Below the pieces are notes generated by a model that was not told where the DNA came from, did not search any database, and saw only the letters and a program-made list of their open reading frames with translations. DNA of 64,000 nucleotides from Nageia nagi. Lineage: Eukaryota > Plantae > Pinophyta. This document shows, piece by piece, positions 24,450 through 37,252 of this stretch. Positions within the stretch are counted from its first letter, which is position 1, and the number at the start of each line of letters is the position of its first letter. Both the position numbers and the translations under genes were made by a program. Location: assembly GCA_050084985.1 (NCBI GenBank), contig JBITNC010000001.1, forward strand, positions 171,492,001-171,556,000, given 5' to 3'.

Positions 24450-26290
24450 GAGACTTGCGCTTGCACTCCCTTTAGATCATGCGACCTCCTCCTTCTTGAT
24501 TGGAAAATGAAGTCAATTTGTACTACTAATATCTTTGGTATTTCACGTGTGCTCCAATCACGAACCCAAATGTCCATTTTCATGAGGTCACATGTTTTGA
24601 CAAACCAGGCCAAGATGCATGTTTTGTGATGCTTGCATTTGTACTCCTTTGAAATCGCACGACCAACTTATACTTGAAAATCCTTTTGGTCGCATGTTTT
24701 GGAAAACTTGCACCTTGCACATTTTTGGAAAAGTGCAACCTACTTATACTTGGAATTTTTTTGGTCACATGTTTTAAGAAACATAACCTTTGCATCATAA
24801 TGAAAGTGTGTGACCTCTATGAAACATAGAAATTTTTCCACAAAATGAAGTCCATCATCCCTTTATGACCTTTTGATGACACTTAGCAACCAACCATAGG
24901 ATGAATCTACCCTTTTGACCAGGTCGCACGGCTTGGAGAAGATGCCTTGGTCGCATAGTTTTGGGGATTTACCTCTTGCATCTATGTGAAAACATGTGAC
25001 CTCTACTAGACTTGAACAATTTCTTTCAAACAAGGTCTCATCTCTCTTTTTGTAGCCTCTTATTGACATATATCAACAAATTACTAGGTGAAACTGTCTT
25101 TTTCTCTTGGTCACATGGTTTTGGAAAGATGCCTTGGTCGCATAGTTTGACATACATGCAACTTGCATCTTGATGGAAACACGCGACCACCCTTTCTAGT
25201 ACTTAGAATTTTCACAAAATGAAATTCTCTCTTACTTTTATAAGCCCAATGACACATGTTACCTCCCCACCATTTTTGGCCTTTGGTCGCGCGATTGCAT
25301 GACTATGCCTTGGTCGTGCGGTTTTTGGACCATGTCTTTTGCATCCTTTTGGAAACATGCAACCACCTTAAAAATTGCATTTTTATTGCTCAAATGTGGT
25401 CCTAGCTTCCTTTTATGGCCTTTTGGTTGACAAAAGGGGACCTTAGACCAGTTTGAGTTCATCTTATCATGGTCGTGCATTTTGGACATCATGCCTTAGT
25501 CACACGATTTGAGGAAGATGCCCTTGGCATTGAGGTGAAAACATGCAACCTCCTCAAAACTTAATTTTTGCAATGGAATTAACACTATGCTCTTTTTAAC
25601 ACTTTCCACAACACATGGCATCACTCTACATACTGAAATCACCCTCAAAACCTGGTCGCATGGTTTGTGTCTCTTGCCCTTGTCGCACAGTTTTGGTCAC
25701 TTGCCTCTTGCATCTATGTGAAAACATGCGACCACTTTAAAACTTAAAATTCTTTGGCTGAAATGAAAGTTTGAAGTCCTTTTATAGCTTTTTAATGATA
25801 CTTGACATGAAATTATAGTCTAAATCTGCCCTTTCGATCAGGACGCATGGTTTGAGGAAGATGCCTTGGTCACACACTTAGAGGGATATGCTACTTGCAT
25901 CAGGCTGAGATCATGTGACCTCTTCCAGACTTGAGAAATTTTGCTCAAATGAGGTCTTACTCCTCGTTTTAAAGACTTTTGAAGCTCTCCAGATGATACT
26001 TGGCACTTTTGGACTGAATTTTGGATCAAATTTGCACAACATAAGGAGACATATTAAGTCACATCTTTTATGGAACTAACTTGTGCATTATCCTGAAAAT
26101 GCGCAACCTCAAGGGCAAAGCTGTGAAAATGTGCAAACTTTCCAAGATCAACTTGTTGAAGGTGCCATCTTGATGATTTCACTTTTTTAGCTCTTGCTTT
26201 TCTAGGATCGACTTGTTGAAGGTGCCATCTTGCAAAAAAGTAGGGTCCCCAGATTTTGGAAAATTTGGGGCGTGTCGTCCGGGCACAACA
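24450..26290 (-). mobile_element. 5' fragment of a giant LTR-like unit with ~185-bp tandem motif array
   Basis: Terminus aatttggggcgtgtcgtccgggcacaaca ends at 26290. GGTCGCA/GGTCGCA/TGCGACC cassettes start at 24922, 25109, 25285, 25471, 25654 and 25841. Confidence 0.8.
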
Positions 26291-26375
26291 GGGATTTCAT
26301 GGGTATTGATGAGATAACATCTTGAAAGGTACTAGGAGAGAACCATTACAATTATAATAGGAAACAGAGATTTTT

Positions 26376-27057
26376 TGTAGACCCTAAATAATGTGATGGT
26401 GTAATTAATTCAAGGAATTAACACATGCACTATTTGCTCTATTAATTAGTTGACATAAAGCGAGAATATGACAACAGATGATTAAACATACAAGTTTGTT
26501 TTGTTAACATACATATTCAATCAATCAAGGAAAGGCACAGGCAATATCATATGCATTAGTACGATGCTGGCATCGTGCTAATGATCAAATAACAGATGCG
26601 ATAAAAGACGAAATGATAAATGAACGAATGATTTATCAATATAACGGAAGTATGATAATATTTGAGATAAGAGATTTGCTTGTTACAGACAAGAAGGCTT
26701 TTTATGATGATATTTGAGATAAGAGATTTGCTTGTTACAGACAAGAAGGCTTTGCAAGTGTTTGGTTTACAAATGATGTTCGAGTCCTTTGATCCTATAT
26801 CTGATCTTTAATTGATAGAAGCCTTAAGTCTTCTGTAATCTGCCGCTTGTCTAGTCTCCTCTTGATGACAATCCCGTCCTCCTTTCTTTGTATGTCTTTA
26901 ATGCCTTTATATAGGAATGCTTCTATTATAGGATTTGACCCCTTGTATAATTAACAAGGGTCAAATATATGGCCTACACCTCTTTTATATATTTTAAATC
27001 CCTTTTTAAATAATACATTGTTAAGAAATTAAAATGATTCATTTTGAGATGTCTACA
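26376..27057 (-). repeat. Element C 3' LTR (682 bp)
   Basis: Direct repeat of 34548-35198, adjacent to the PPT. Carries a ~53-bp internal tandem duplication (26652-26752) absent from the other LTR. Confidence 0.92.
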
Positions 27058-29514
27058 TTTGCCCCTCTTTGGATGTGTGATTGAAGCAATGAAATTACAT
27101 GTCCAAAGAAGAAGTGCAGCCAAGGCATACAAGAAAATTTTCTGATCTTTTTATTGATGTTGTCTTTTGCTGAATGATGTTGAGGGTCTTTATGCTGCCC
27201 CCCATTTGACTTGGGTGCCCCAAGAAAGATCCTTGAGTGGAGTAGCCAAGGGAAAAGTTGTTGAAGAAGCTGTCTTCAGGAATACTGTTTGGATGATGAT
27301 TGGATAACTATGAAAATCCATATCCAAGGCTGGAGATGGAAGATATAATTTGCCTTCCTGATACTATTTCGATCATGAATCTGGTCGTTCTGTTGTGTCT
27401 AATACTCGGGAAACTAATGCACTCACATTCATGCCTTGAAACAAAGAGGTGATGGTTTGAATGAGTGGAAATAATAAACTTTGGTACGCCGCTAGTGGCC
27501 CATCAGACTGTGAGCACGGCACCAATGCCCTGGTTTTGACTATAAGTGTTTTTTGTTTTTGTTGTCTGTGTACCTGCAATGAAATGTCAGTCAGAAAACA
27601 ATGATGGATGTATAGTAAGTTGTTTCGTCCATTGGAGATGATCCAATGTCAACATCTTGCTATGGCTGCATGATCGGTTTATCTTTTAAGTGAGTGAACT
27701 CTCAATAGCCGTATAGATGGCCATCGGCTATCATACGTTTGTATGTCTATGATCCAAAGACAATATGCTTTAGATGGGTTTAAAGCAAAAACCTTATGGA
27801 TACACAGTAAATTGTATCATCCATTGGAGATGATCCAATGTCAACAAATTACTCACAGCTGTATCGCCGGTTTACTTTTAAGTGAGTGAACTCTCACTAG
27901 CTGTAGCGTTGGCCATCAGCAATCATGTGTTTTTATGTCCATGATTTGAAGACATTAACCATGCAAAGCAAGGATGAAATAAATATAATATATTAGCATA
28001 TGCTAAGCTGGGATAATGAAATTCCTGATATTCAAACCTGTAAAGATATGAGAGCTAGAGTTTAATTTGACACTAAGGGTGTATACCGCCAGCACCATGA
28101 AAACAAGTCAATGTACACTGCCGACGCAGTGTATGCAGTCTTCCACACCGTTGATGTTGTAGGAATCTTCGAATTTGGCTCAAATAAAATTATCTTGACT
28201 TCTATTAGCCATAGTCTCTTGATTCACCATACTTATAGCTGAATATGAGATTGCCCCAGCTAATGCTAAAAAAAAGAAGGTAAAGGAAGCCATCTTATCA
28301 CATGCGTAATGCGTGCAGCCGAAATCCACCACATCATCATTCAATACATGGAGGAAAGCAGAGTTATGCCAAGCTGGGAGAAATGTAGCGCAGAATGCAG
28401 AGCAAAGTCTAGAAGGGGAGATAATGCCCCGTTGTTCTACATATTTCTTCATGTCGACTTTAGGTCAACCAATAGATGTCGATTTATTCACTTGGCATGC
28501 ATCAATCCATGTTAACAAATATCAACCTTTCCGAATGCAAAATTAGCATGCTTAATAACGTCAAATGAAAAGAGAAAAAACAAAATATCTGTACCTCACG
28601 ATGGGAGCATAATTGTGGTACCGGTACTCATGTCAAAAAGGTGCAATTAAGGATAAGTACCAGAGGGTTTTTAATCATTTGAGTAACTTACAAATATTTA
28701 TGCCACCAGTGCCCTTATGTGCACACACCGTCGGCACCGCAAAATAAGTGGAAAATGTTGCCCAATTAAGCATTGCCTTCTTATTTCACCAAATCTTGAA
28801 AATATCATGGGCCTGGAGCTACCTAAGAGCAATTTTCTTGAAGGTATAATTTTACTCTGCCACATGACTAAAACCAAGTATACATAATCCGAGTTTTTTA
28901 ATTACATATCATAAATAAGAACTCATTATCATATGAAATTGATGAAAATAGATTAGGCGCATTGGAAACTCATCGAAATAGCAAATTAGCACACCGCTGG
29001 CACCCTAAACCCAATATAAATTTTAATGAAAAATACAAATTCAGCAATACTTACCTGGGACATGTTGGTGTCATTCGAATAAATTCTGAGAATATATTAG
29101 ATCCAAGTTCCATTAATAGCACACACAACTCAAAGAATTGGACGCCGCCGACGTTGTGGAAATAGCAATTTTTAGTATCCGAGAAAGGACAGGAGGGATT
29201 TAAAATATTTACAAGGCAAATAAAACCTCCACATAAGAATGCAAGAACTGTATGGAAACAAAGACGCGATGCCCTAATTTGAGTGCCAAAGTCAACCTAT
29301 AAAATCAAAATATTTGGAAAAAATAAGTTAATTTGACTTTGACACCTTTGCCATTTGGAGCTCTGACAGGTAGGCGTCAATTCCTTGCTGACCCAGCCAA
29401 ATTTGCCACCTTGCAAACAACGTTGCACTGTTGGAGTGTCTGCTCCATTTCTCATTTTAGCACAGTGATTGGATTAGCAGAAGGACGACTATAAATGATT
29501 TGTGACTCTGAAGG

Positions 29515-31482
29515 AATGGCTGCCATCAATTGGAGGAGTATCCAGCAGCCAATCACAGGAAAGACAGGTCATCTAGCGGAGTATCTCCGCAACCTGTCAG
29601 GCGAGCATGTGATAAGTAGATCTAAACTCTATATTTTTAATATCTATGAGTGTAGAGGAGAGACTAACAGACACATGCGCTACCTTGCAGGATTGAAAGG
29701 GGTTAATTCGGGGCAAGCCGATGAGGACTACAGCATTAGATCTAGCCCGAGCCTTCCCACGAACTCAGCAATCAGGCAATATTCTAGACCGATGCGGGTT
29801 AGGAGAGCTTGCACACGCAAAGACAGTACAAGTAGATACACCTCTTCTCACTACCTTGGCTGAGAGATAGGATCAAGATTGCTACTCGTTTCACCTTCCC
29901 ACTGGTGAAATGACAATAACTTTGAAGGATGTGTACCGAATCTGGGGTATACCCAACAGGGGTGGTTTGATATATCAGCGTGAGATGGGGGATGATTACA
30001 TCCATGGGGCGGAATGTTTGTGGTTGACCAAATCGAATGACCATGACTTGGATCACCGATCAGTGCGACTTGCAGAGGGCTGTAGGTTTGCCAAAGTAGG
30101 GAGACACCTGAGGTTGCATGTGGTGGCGATTATTACCACCTATCTGTGTCCCGATAAAAGCCATTCAGCTTTTCCTCTTGGGCTGACATGGGTAGTACGG
30201 GAGATATGCGCTCGGAGGCGATAGTTCGCATGGGGGCCAGTAGTACTGGCACAGCTTTATAGAGATTTATATTCATTCATCAACATTGACAAGGTCAATG
30301 TGACGATTGCTCATGTTGGTCTCCTATAGGTCTGGGCCTATGAGCACATCTCAGTTATCATGCCAATGGGATTGCAGAGGGTGAGAGAGGACCCATCAGA
30401 CGTGGCCCTACCACGCTGGACTAGTCCATTAGGTGGATATAGGCCTCCTTGATCCATGGAGAAAAGGAGGAGAGACATCGACGGCCTCTAGTAGGCGGAC
30501 ATCATATGGGTATGCTATGCTGACTATGTGTGGCATGGGGATGCTCATCATTGGGCATGGGTGAGGTAGACCCACTTCTTCCAAACAAGGTGGAAGATAA
30601 TGGAGCCATATCATCCAAAGCGGGTGTTGAGATAGTTCAGGATACAATAGCCAATTCCAACAGTGCCCCCAGTGTACCGTCAGTACACAGTTGAGAGAGA
30701 CATTCTTGACGGGGCACAGGATATGCCAATGTGGGTGATAGGATGGTTAGAGCTATCGGTAGAGGATGTTGCCATGGAGGTAGCCATGGCTCCTAGGGTT
30801 GCCCCCATTTATGCAGCATAGTGGGCAGCTATGCGTCCAGGCCCTTTGGGCCTAGATGAATCGGATCATGGGAGTAATGATGCGGTGAGCTTACCATCAG
30901 AGAAGGATGATCAAATGAATGTAGATAATCCTATCCATGACAGTCCTCCATCAGTTGGGGGATTAGAGATGCTAGCAATAGTTGCCCCCGCTCCAGGTAA
31001 GAAGGATTCTTCTCATAATGCTTCATGATTTTCGAATATTTCAATATAGCTAAGGAGAGACTAATTGGTATTATGTATGATATGGCAGGGGTGTCAGATG
31101 CACAGGTTTCAACCATGAAGGCTGAGCTAGCTAGACTGAGGCCAATGGAGACCGAGGTGACATGTCTCTAGCCATTGGAGGCCAAGATGGCTATGGTGAG
31201 GTCACCATGCCCCCACCAAATCAGCAATGGACATTCGTGCAAAGTCAACACGATCAAATTGCAGCGCAGGCTCTAGAGATATCCAGATTGCGGGCCAAGA
31301 TACTTTTGGAGACTCATGGACTCACGGCGAGTGATATCTTAAGCGGAGTCTCTATATCTAGAGCGAGTGGTAGTGGTAGGAGAGTACTCTCTACGAGTGA
31401 AGCATCTAGTCTAGTGTCCACCCATAGGGGTGGACGATGTAGGGCTAAGGCCCATGTGTACTTATGTTGTACCAAATTTTGA
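29515..31482 (+). pseudogene. Plant Mobile Domain (aminotransferase-like, MAIN/MAIL-related) ORF, antisense in element C
   Basis: SFHLPTGEMTITLKDVYRIWGIPNRG, FAWGPVVLAQLYRDL and LL*VWAYEHI are PMD signature motifs. ctataaat at about 29489 lies upstream. Multiple stops and frameshifts. Confidence 0.88.
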
Positions 31483-32097
31483 CTTTTGAGATATATATAT
31501 ATATATGTATGACCCATTTGGTGGATTCAATACTCTATGCTTTTTTATATTTTTGTGTTATATTTTTAAATGGTAGTCATTGGACACACATATAGGCAAT
31601 GAACTCTAAAAATAGACTCATTAATAGTAAAACATGCTAAACATGCCTACATTATGTTATGTACAACTGATAAGGATCAAAAGACAAACGCACAAACGGA
31701 AATGACACACATACTGAAGGAACCAAAATACTTTAGGAGAAATCAGTAAAGGTTAAGAGGGTGTATGTGAGCATAGATATCACGGCACAACACCCCAGAT
31801 CCTTCTAAAGGCTAGGAAACACGGTTTAGAATGATAAAAAGTTGATTTTAAACATTCTGTCCAAGGAAACTCACGACGTTGGTGCCCTGAAACAAAGATA
31901 ATAAGATGTTGGCACCGTGCACAAAGAGGAATTGAATCCCCAGATTTCGGACACAAAAAGAAAACATGGAGAAGAAGAAGAAAAAGAACTGGAATGGTGG
32001 ATACACAGAATAGAAAAGCAAAATAGATACAAAAACTTAGCTACTAATGTACACTGATTGTGATGTCAAAAAGAGCTCAAGGAATAACGTTATGTAC

Positions 32098-34482
32098 CTA
32101 GGGAGTTTTTTCTACCCAAATACACTTTACGGAGGCAGGCACAAAAAGAGGCACTTTTGTACTGGTCATCCCCATGCTACTGGTGCTTTGAAAGCAAGAA
32201 TTCATGCCGCTGGCACCGCGTCTTTTTATTCCATTCCTATTCATGTTTGGAGGAAGATGCCTATATGCACGAGTATTATCCGAAAAAGAATGTGGATTAC
32301 GGGAAATACTTACTATATCGATGCACCCTCGAGATTGTGAAGATGGTAGGGGATCATTGAATATCCCTAGTTGTGCATTATCCAGATGTACAGGTCCTAT
32401 CTGTGCAGCTGGTGTTTGATCCATCCTGAGTGCTCCATTATCAATAAAATCATGTATAAGATTACGAAGTGTCCTGCAATCCCAAGTTAGATGACCAGGT
32501 ACCCTATGATAATTGCAAAATTCCTCATAATGAAAATTTTTAGGCACACCATTAGGAAACTCAGGTTCAACAATAGGAGGAAATTCAATCAGCTCCTCAT
32601 CTAATAATATATTCAAAATATTATCAACAGTACCACTCAAAGGAGTATATTGGCGAATATGTTTGAAAGGGGAGTTACCTCTTTTTTTGCGAGTGACATT
32701 ATTTGCTTCAACCTTGAGTCGATTTTCTATAATAGGTTTTGTAGGTGAAGTATGCTCAACATGTTTCATAACACTCAATTTTTTAATGCATGGTTCCTTT
32801 TTAGTGACAGTGTCAATCATATCTCCTAAAGACATATCATGATTAGAAATGAAAAATAGCTTATATATAGGCAAGAGACCATCCACAAAAATATACTTGA
32901 GTTCATGTTCATCTATGGTGAGTTTATTAGCAATTTGTTTCCATATCCTTACAAAATCCTTCATTGATTGGTTAGGGAGTTGTTTAATTTTACACAAGTC
33001 CTTAAGATAAACCTTCTCAGTAATGTTATAACCATAATCATGCAAAAATATGAGAAGCAAATCCTCATACCTATCAATGCTACTTTCGGGAAGCCGAAAG
33101 TACCATTTGAGAGCCTCATCTTTCAAACTGTAAGAAAACAACTTAGCCAACAAATCTTGATCATGCATATATTCAATAGCTTCTTCATGAAATTTAAGAA
33201 CGTGCATCCTAGGATCTTGTATACCATCAAATTTAGTAAATTTGACACTTTTTTTCCCAAGGATTACTTTGGCAAGAATCCTAGCAGTGAGGGGTCTTTT
33301 TAAACATGAAAGAAAATCATCCTCACGACTCTCCTTGTTGCTAAGTCCTACATTGATTTTTGGGGATAGTGGTGGGGGAGGAGGAGGTTGTTGTGCATTG
33401 TTTGTTGTTTGAGGTGGAATATGTTTCAAAACAGCAAACTTATTAGTAGGATTAACCCTATCCTACTCAAGTTCATGCACTACCTCTACTAGGATTGCCA
33501 ATTGTTCATATTGAGGTTGTTTATACCAATCAATGTTTTCTTGGATATTCATAATAATATCAACTTTAATCTCATGTTCCTTGAGAGTCCAAGTTGGTTG
33601 TAGCTTAAAGGCTTCTCTAATAACTTCAGTAAGTTGCTGCGTAATGAGAGATGTAATTTTGTCATCAGATGAAATAACTGGACCCTTACCTTTCTTCTTC
33701 TAATCGAAGTATTGTGGATTAAGGATCAAATCACTGTAAGATTCATCCTCCTCATCTTCAGGTTCTGATTGATCATTTTTGTCAGAGGCATCGTCCGCAT
33801 GCAATGGTTGTTCCAACACAGCATCCACCTCTGATTCGAACTCTGCTCCGTTAGCATCCACACCGCCTGCACCCTGGGTACAGTCAATCACACCGCTCGT
33901 GCCGTGTGTTTCATGTATAGGCTGGAGACGTTTCGATGATTGCACATAACGGAACAAGCTATCTTCAAATTCTGCAATGTCCAACTAGTTACCAAGTAAA
34001 TTTGCATCTGTAAGAAGTTTCACCACAATAGGAGCGTTATTACAAACAAAAAATTGTAGCTTTTCCTTATCAAATAACACCTGTTGAATGGACCGAGCAT
34101 TATAGGGAATCCTATCAAGACTGGGAAGTTCATCATCATCACAAGGTTCTGGATGAGAAACCAAATTATCCAAGTTACTAGGATCAAGAATAGCATATCA
34201 ATTAGGGGTGTCTCCAATAATGGACATTCGTTTACTAGAATCTGAAGATTCAGAATCCCATATGGTCCTAGGAGGAGGGATTTGAATAGACAATTCAAGA
34301 TTAATTCGAAGACTTCTCCTAACCTTCGAAAAATGTGTTTTGGATTTAGATATTGTAGGGTTATCTGTATTAAGATCCATCTTTGGGATATAAGCAGAAC
34401 AAACCCTAGTTTTATCTTGCTCTTTGGCTACTATTTGGAGCACTTCCTCTGTGGAGAGAAAAAGTAGCGAAAATGGATTCAT
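32098..34482 (-). pseudogene. gag: Element C gag (N-terminus decayed; 32098-33429 open)
   Basis: KFDGIQDPRMHV...LLAKLFSYSLKDEALKWYFRLPESSIDRYEDL (retrotransposon gag domain) and a Tat/Ogre-type knuckle FCNYHRVPGHLTWDCRTLRNLIHDFIDNG. Upstream part is broken by stops and frameshifts. Confidence 0.88.
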
Positions 34483-34532
34483 GACTTTACAAAAGGATTT
34501 TGCCCTAGAAGAAGACCTAGGTGTGTAAGAAT

Positions 34533-34545
34533 GTCGAGTTCACCA
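34533..34545 (-). promoter_or_regulatory. Primer binding site complementary to tRNA-Trp
   Basis: Minus strand TCTACA-tt-TGGTGAACTCGAC. The 3' end of plant tRNA-Trp (...GTCGGGTTCACCA) predicts TGGTGAACCCGAC, a 12/13 match. Confidence 0.75.
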
Positions 34546-34547
34546 AA

Positions 34548-35198
34548 TGTAGAACCTAAATAATGCGATGGTTTAATTAATTCGGGGAATTAACACATGC
34601 ACTATTTGGTCTATCAATTAGTTGACATAAAGTGAGAATATGATAACAGATGATTAAACATACAGGTTCGTTTTGTTAACATACATATTCAATCAATCAA
34701 GGAAAGGCACAAGCAATATCATATGCATTAGTACGGCACCGACGTCGTGTTAATGATCAAATAACAAATGTGACAAAAGGTGAAATGATAAACGAACGAA
34801 TGATTTACCAATATAACGAAAGTATGATAATATTTGAGATAAGAGATTTGCTTGTTACAGACAAGAAGGCTTTGCAAGTGTTTGGTTTACAAATGATGTT
34901 TGAGTCATTTGATCCTCTATCCGATCTTCAATTGATAGAAGCCTTAAGTCTTCTATAATCTGCCCCTTTTCTAAACTCCTCTTGATGACAATCCCATCCT
35001 CCTTTCTTTGTATGTCTTTAATGTCTTTATATAGGGATGCTTCTATTATAGGATTTGACCCCTTGTATATAATTAACAAGGGTCAAATATATGGCCTACA
35101 CCTCTTTTATATATTTTAAATACCTTTTTAAATAATAAATTGTTAAGGGATTAAAATGATTTATTAAATATATAAAGGTTCATGTTAAGGCGTCTACA
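34548..35198 (-). repeat. Element C 5' LTR (651 bp)
   Basis: Direct repeat of 26376-27057 with TG...CA termini, adjacent to the PBS. Confidence 0.92.
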
Positions 35199-36417
35199 AT
35201 TTCATTAGCCTCATGTAAGACCTAGGGGCAGTGTCATTTAGAAGGACCAAGATGTGACCACCCCAGAAGGTGGGGGTGGGGGGTTGTCATTAATGATGAC
35301 TTTGTAGTTGTAGATGATAGCCAATTTGTTATCTTTCCTGGTGGTTGCAACTATAGTACAAGATTTCAAGAGCTACTCTACTTGAAATCAACATCTAAAA
35401 AAATGTTGTGGAGAGAATAATTTCTTTTTCAATGTCAAGCCTTGCAAACGTTCCTCTATTGTGTAGAAATGGATTAACTAAAGTGTCACTAAGAGTATTC
35501 CAATGCTTATATGAAGAAAGGTTTTTTAAATCCAAGGAGTTGTGTAGAAAGACATGATCAACCTACAAAGGGGTCATAGTTTTAGGGAGGCCACAAACTC
35601 GAAGTTTGAGTTCCTTGGTATGGTGCATGCTCTCCTCTTCAAAATTTCAAATTTCACTTGCACAACCATTTCCACCATATAAGCAACTAATAAACATAAC
35701 CTCAATGCCAAAGCTATTGACAAACACAACTAGATGTTAAATCAATCAACTGCACAACCTTAAGGGATGCAAAACAATCCATATAAGCAACTAATAAACA
35801 CAATAGAATACAAGATATATTTACTTGTCATAATTTTGAACAAAGACACTTTGAGAAAGAGATAAAAAAAAAAAAAAAAAAACTTAAAAACTTTTCAATA
35901 TTCAAAATAAAATACTATAAACACAACAATCAAGCCTAGTTTCTAATCTTCTTGGTCTTCCTCTTGCTCCTTTTCTTCCCCAATTAGCCTTCTAATTCTT
36001 ACTTTCTATTAGCTTTCCTTCCCCTTTTCCTTTTTTCATACACATTTAGATTTCAAATAGTATGTGCAAATTCGAGACCAACAAAGAAGATTAAATAGTG
36101 AACAAAAAACTGGCTAAGAAAGTTTGTGTCAAGTTGAAACATGTAAAGCTGAATAAAGGTTGAAAAAGTTTAGATATGTGCCATTGGCCACATCAAAATA
36201 CACATTAATGTTGATAACAAGATATATTAGCTTCCTTAAACCTCAATTATATATAGTACAATGACCACATAATACATGCTATATCTCATTAAATTTAACA
36301 CAATGCTGAAATGATCTAAAAATGCAATTTATCTGCAAAGCACATCTATCTTTTCTTTTGAGACTCTTAACTGCATACTTGCTATAGACAGGCTAAGTCA
36401 CAGCTGAATATTGTCAC

Positions 36418-36519
36418 CTGATGAGTCAGATAGTGTTCAGGATGGTTAACACGGAAAAAATGTTCAACATGCTCACTCACAGACTCATCGGGATCAGCAG
36501 GCACATTCCTGACTAACAC
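36418..36519 (-). CDS. OSCA1: OSCA1/CSC1-like channel, internal exon
   Basis: ttgcag|GTG TTA GTC...CAT CAG|gtgac, 102 nt. Encodes VLVRNVPADPDESVSEHVEHFFRVNHPEHYLTHQ, a highly conserved OSCA1 cytosolic segment. Confidence 0.97.
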
Positions 36520-37252
36520 CTGCAACAAATATATCAGTCAATTTGCATCGTTGTCTTATTTTCCAACTAATTGAGAGAATTGGAATATAATGCAGGTCTT
36601 TGATTGCACCACATCAAATACTTTAAATGGACAATCTCAAACAATTATCTTACCAAAATGAAAAATAGTGATACCAAACTTCAAACAAAGACCAGCATGA
36701 AACTTAAGTTGCTGACTGAACATTCCCAGTGGGTTATATCATTGTTCATAACTTCATATACAAAAAAAATAAACAAATGTTGTGTTCTTGAAAGAATTAT
36801 CCTATGAAACATGTTCAATGGTATTAATAATTACACCAACAAAAAATGTGCAACTTGAGGTTTCATACTGATACACGCATGTCTTCGAACAGCACCTGGA
36901 AATCGAAGATAGAAATTGTAACATGGAAAAATTGCTATGACTGGAAAAATTGCTATGACATTCTGGGTAATTTCCGCAGGAGAATAATCTTAAAATATTA
37001 TGTTCTTGTAATGTTTTAAGTGTCAAAATCAGTTTTGTTAATTTAGTTTGACATGAATCTGTTTAGAGGAAATACATTGCAGAATAACCAGCTACTACCA
37101 TACCCAAATGAAAAATCAGAACATGAGATCTTAGTCCTCAAACAAAAACAGAATCCCAAAATATCTTTAAAGGATTCATATTGTCCAATATAAATGCTAT
37201 TGAGTTTATAGAGTAATAATTCTACCAATAATGGTACAGTAGTATGTAGGGT

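Larger units (their letters stand above)
26376..35198 (-). mobile_element. Element C: two-LTR non-autonomous Ty3/gypsy (Tat/Ogre-like) retrotransposon with gag and antisense PMD ORF, no pol
   Basis: Paired LTRs 34548-35198 (5') and 26376-27057 (3'), TGTAGA...TCTACA. PBS at 34533-34545 and PPT AAAGAGGGGCAAA at about 27058-27070. Gag on minus, PMD on plus. TSD imperfect (ttttt vs atttc). Confidence 0.92.

Noticed and set aside
8774-26290. A 17.5-kb DNA transposon with ~30-bp terminal inverted repeats (8774 and 26290 face each other)
   Set aside because: Flanks do not match (CAACA vs GGGAT), the 8774 end pairs by TSD with 22229, and no transposase is present. The apparent TIRs are the same 5' terminus of two units in opposite orientation.
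27615-27660. Hammerhead/retrozyme core suggested by hairpin plus GGACGAAAC on the minus strand
   Set aside because: No CTGANGA box precedes the hairpin, and GAAA is absent from the two other copies of the motif.
35864-35882. Poly(A) run as a LINE/SINE or retrocopy tail
   Set aside because: No TSD, Pol III boxes or coding remnant could be identified upstream.
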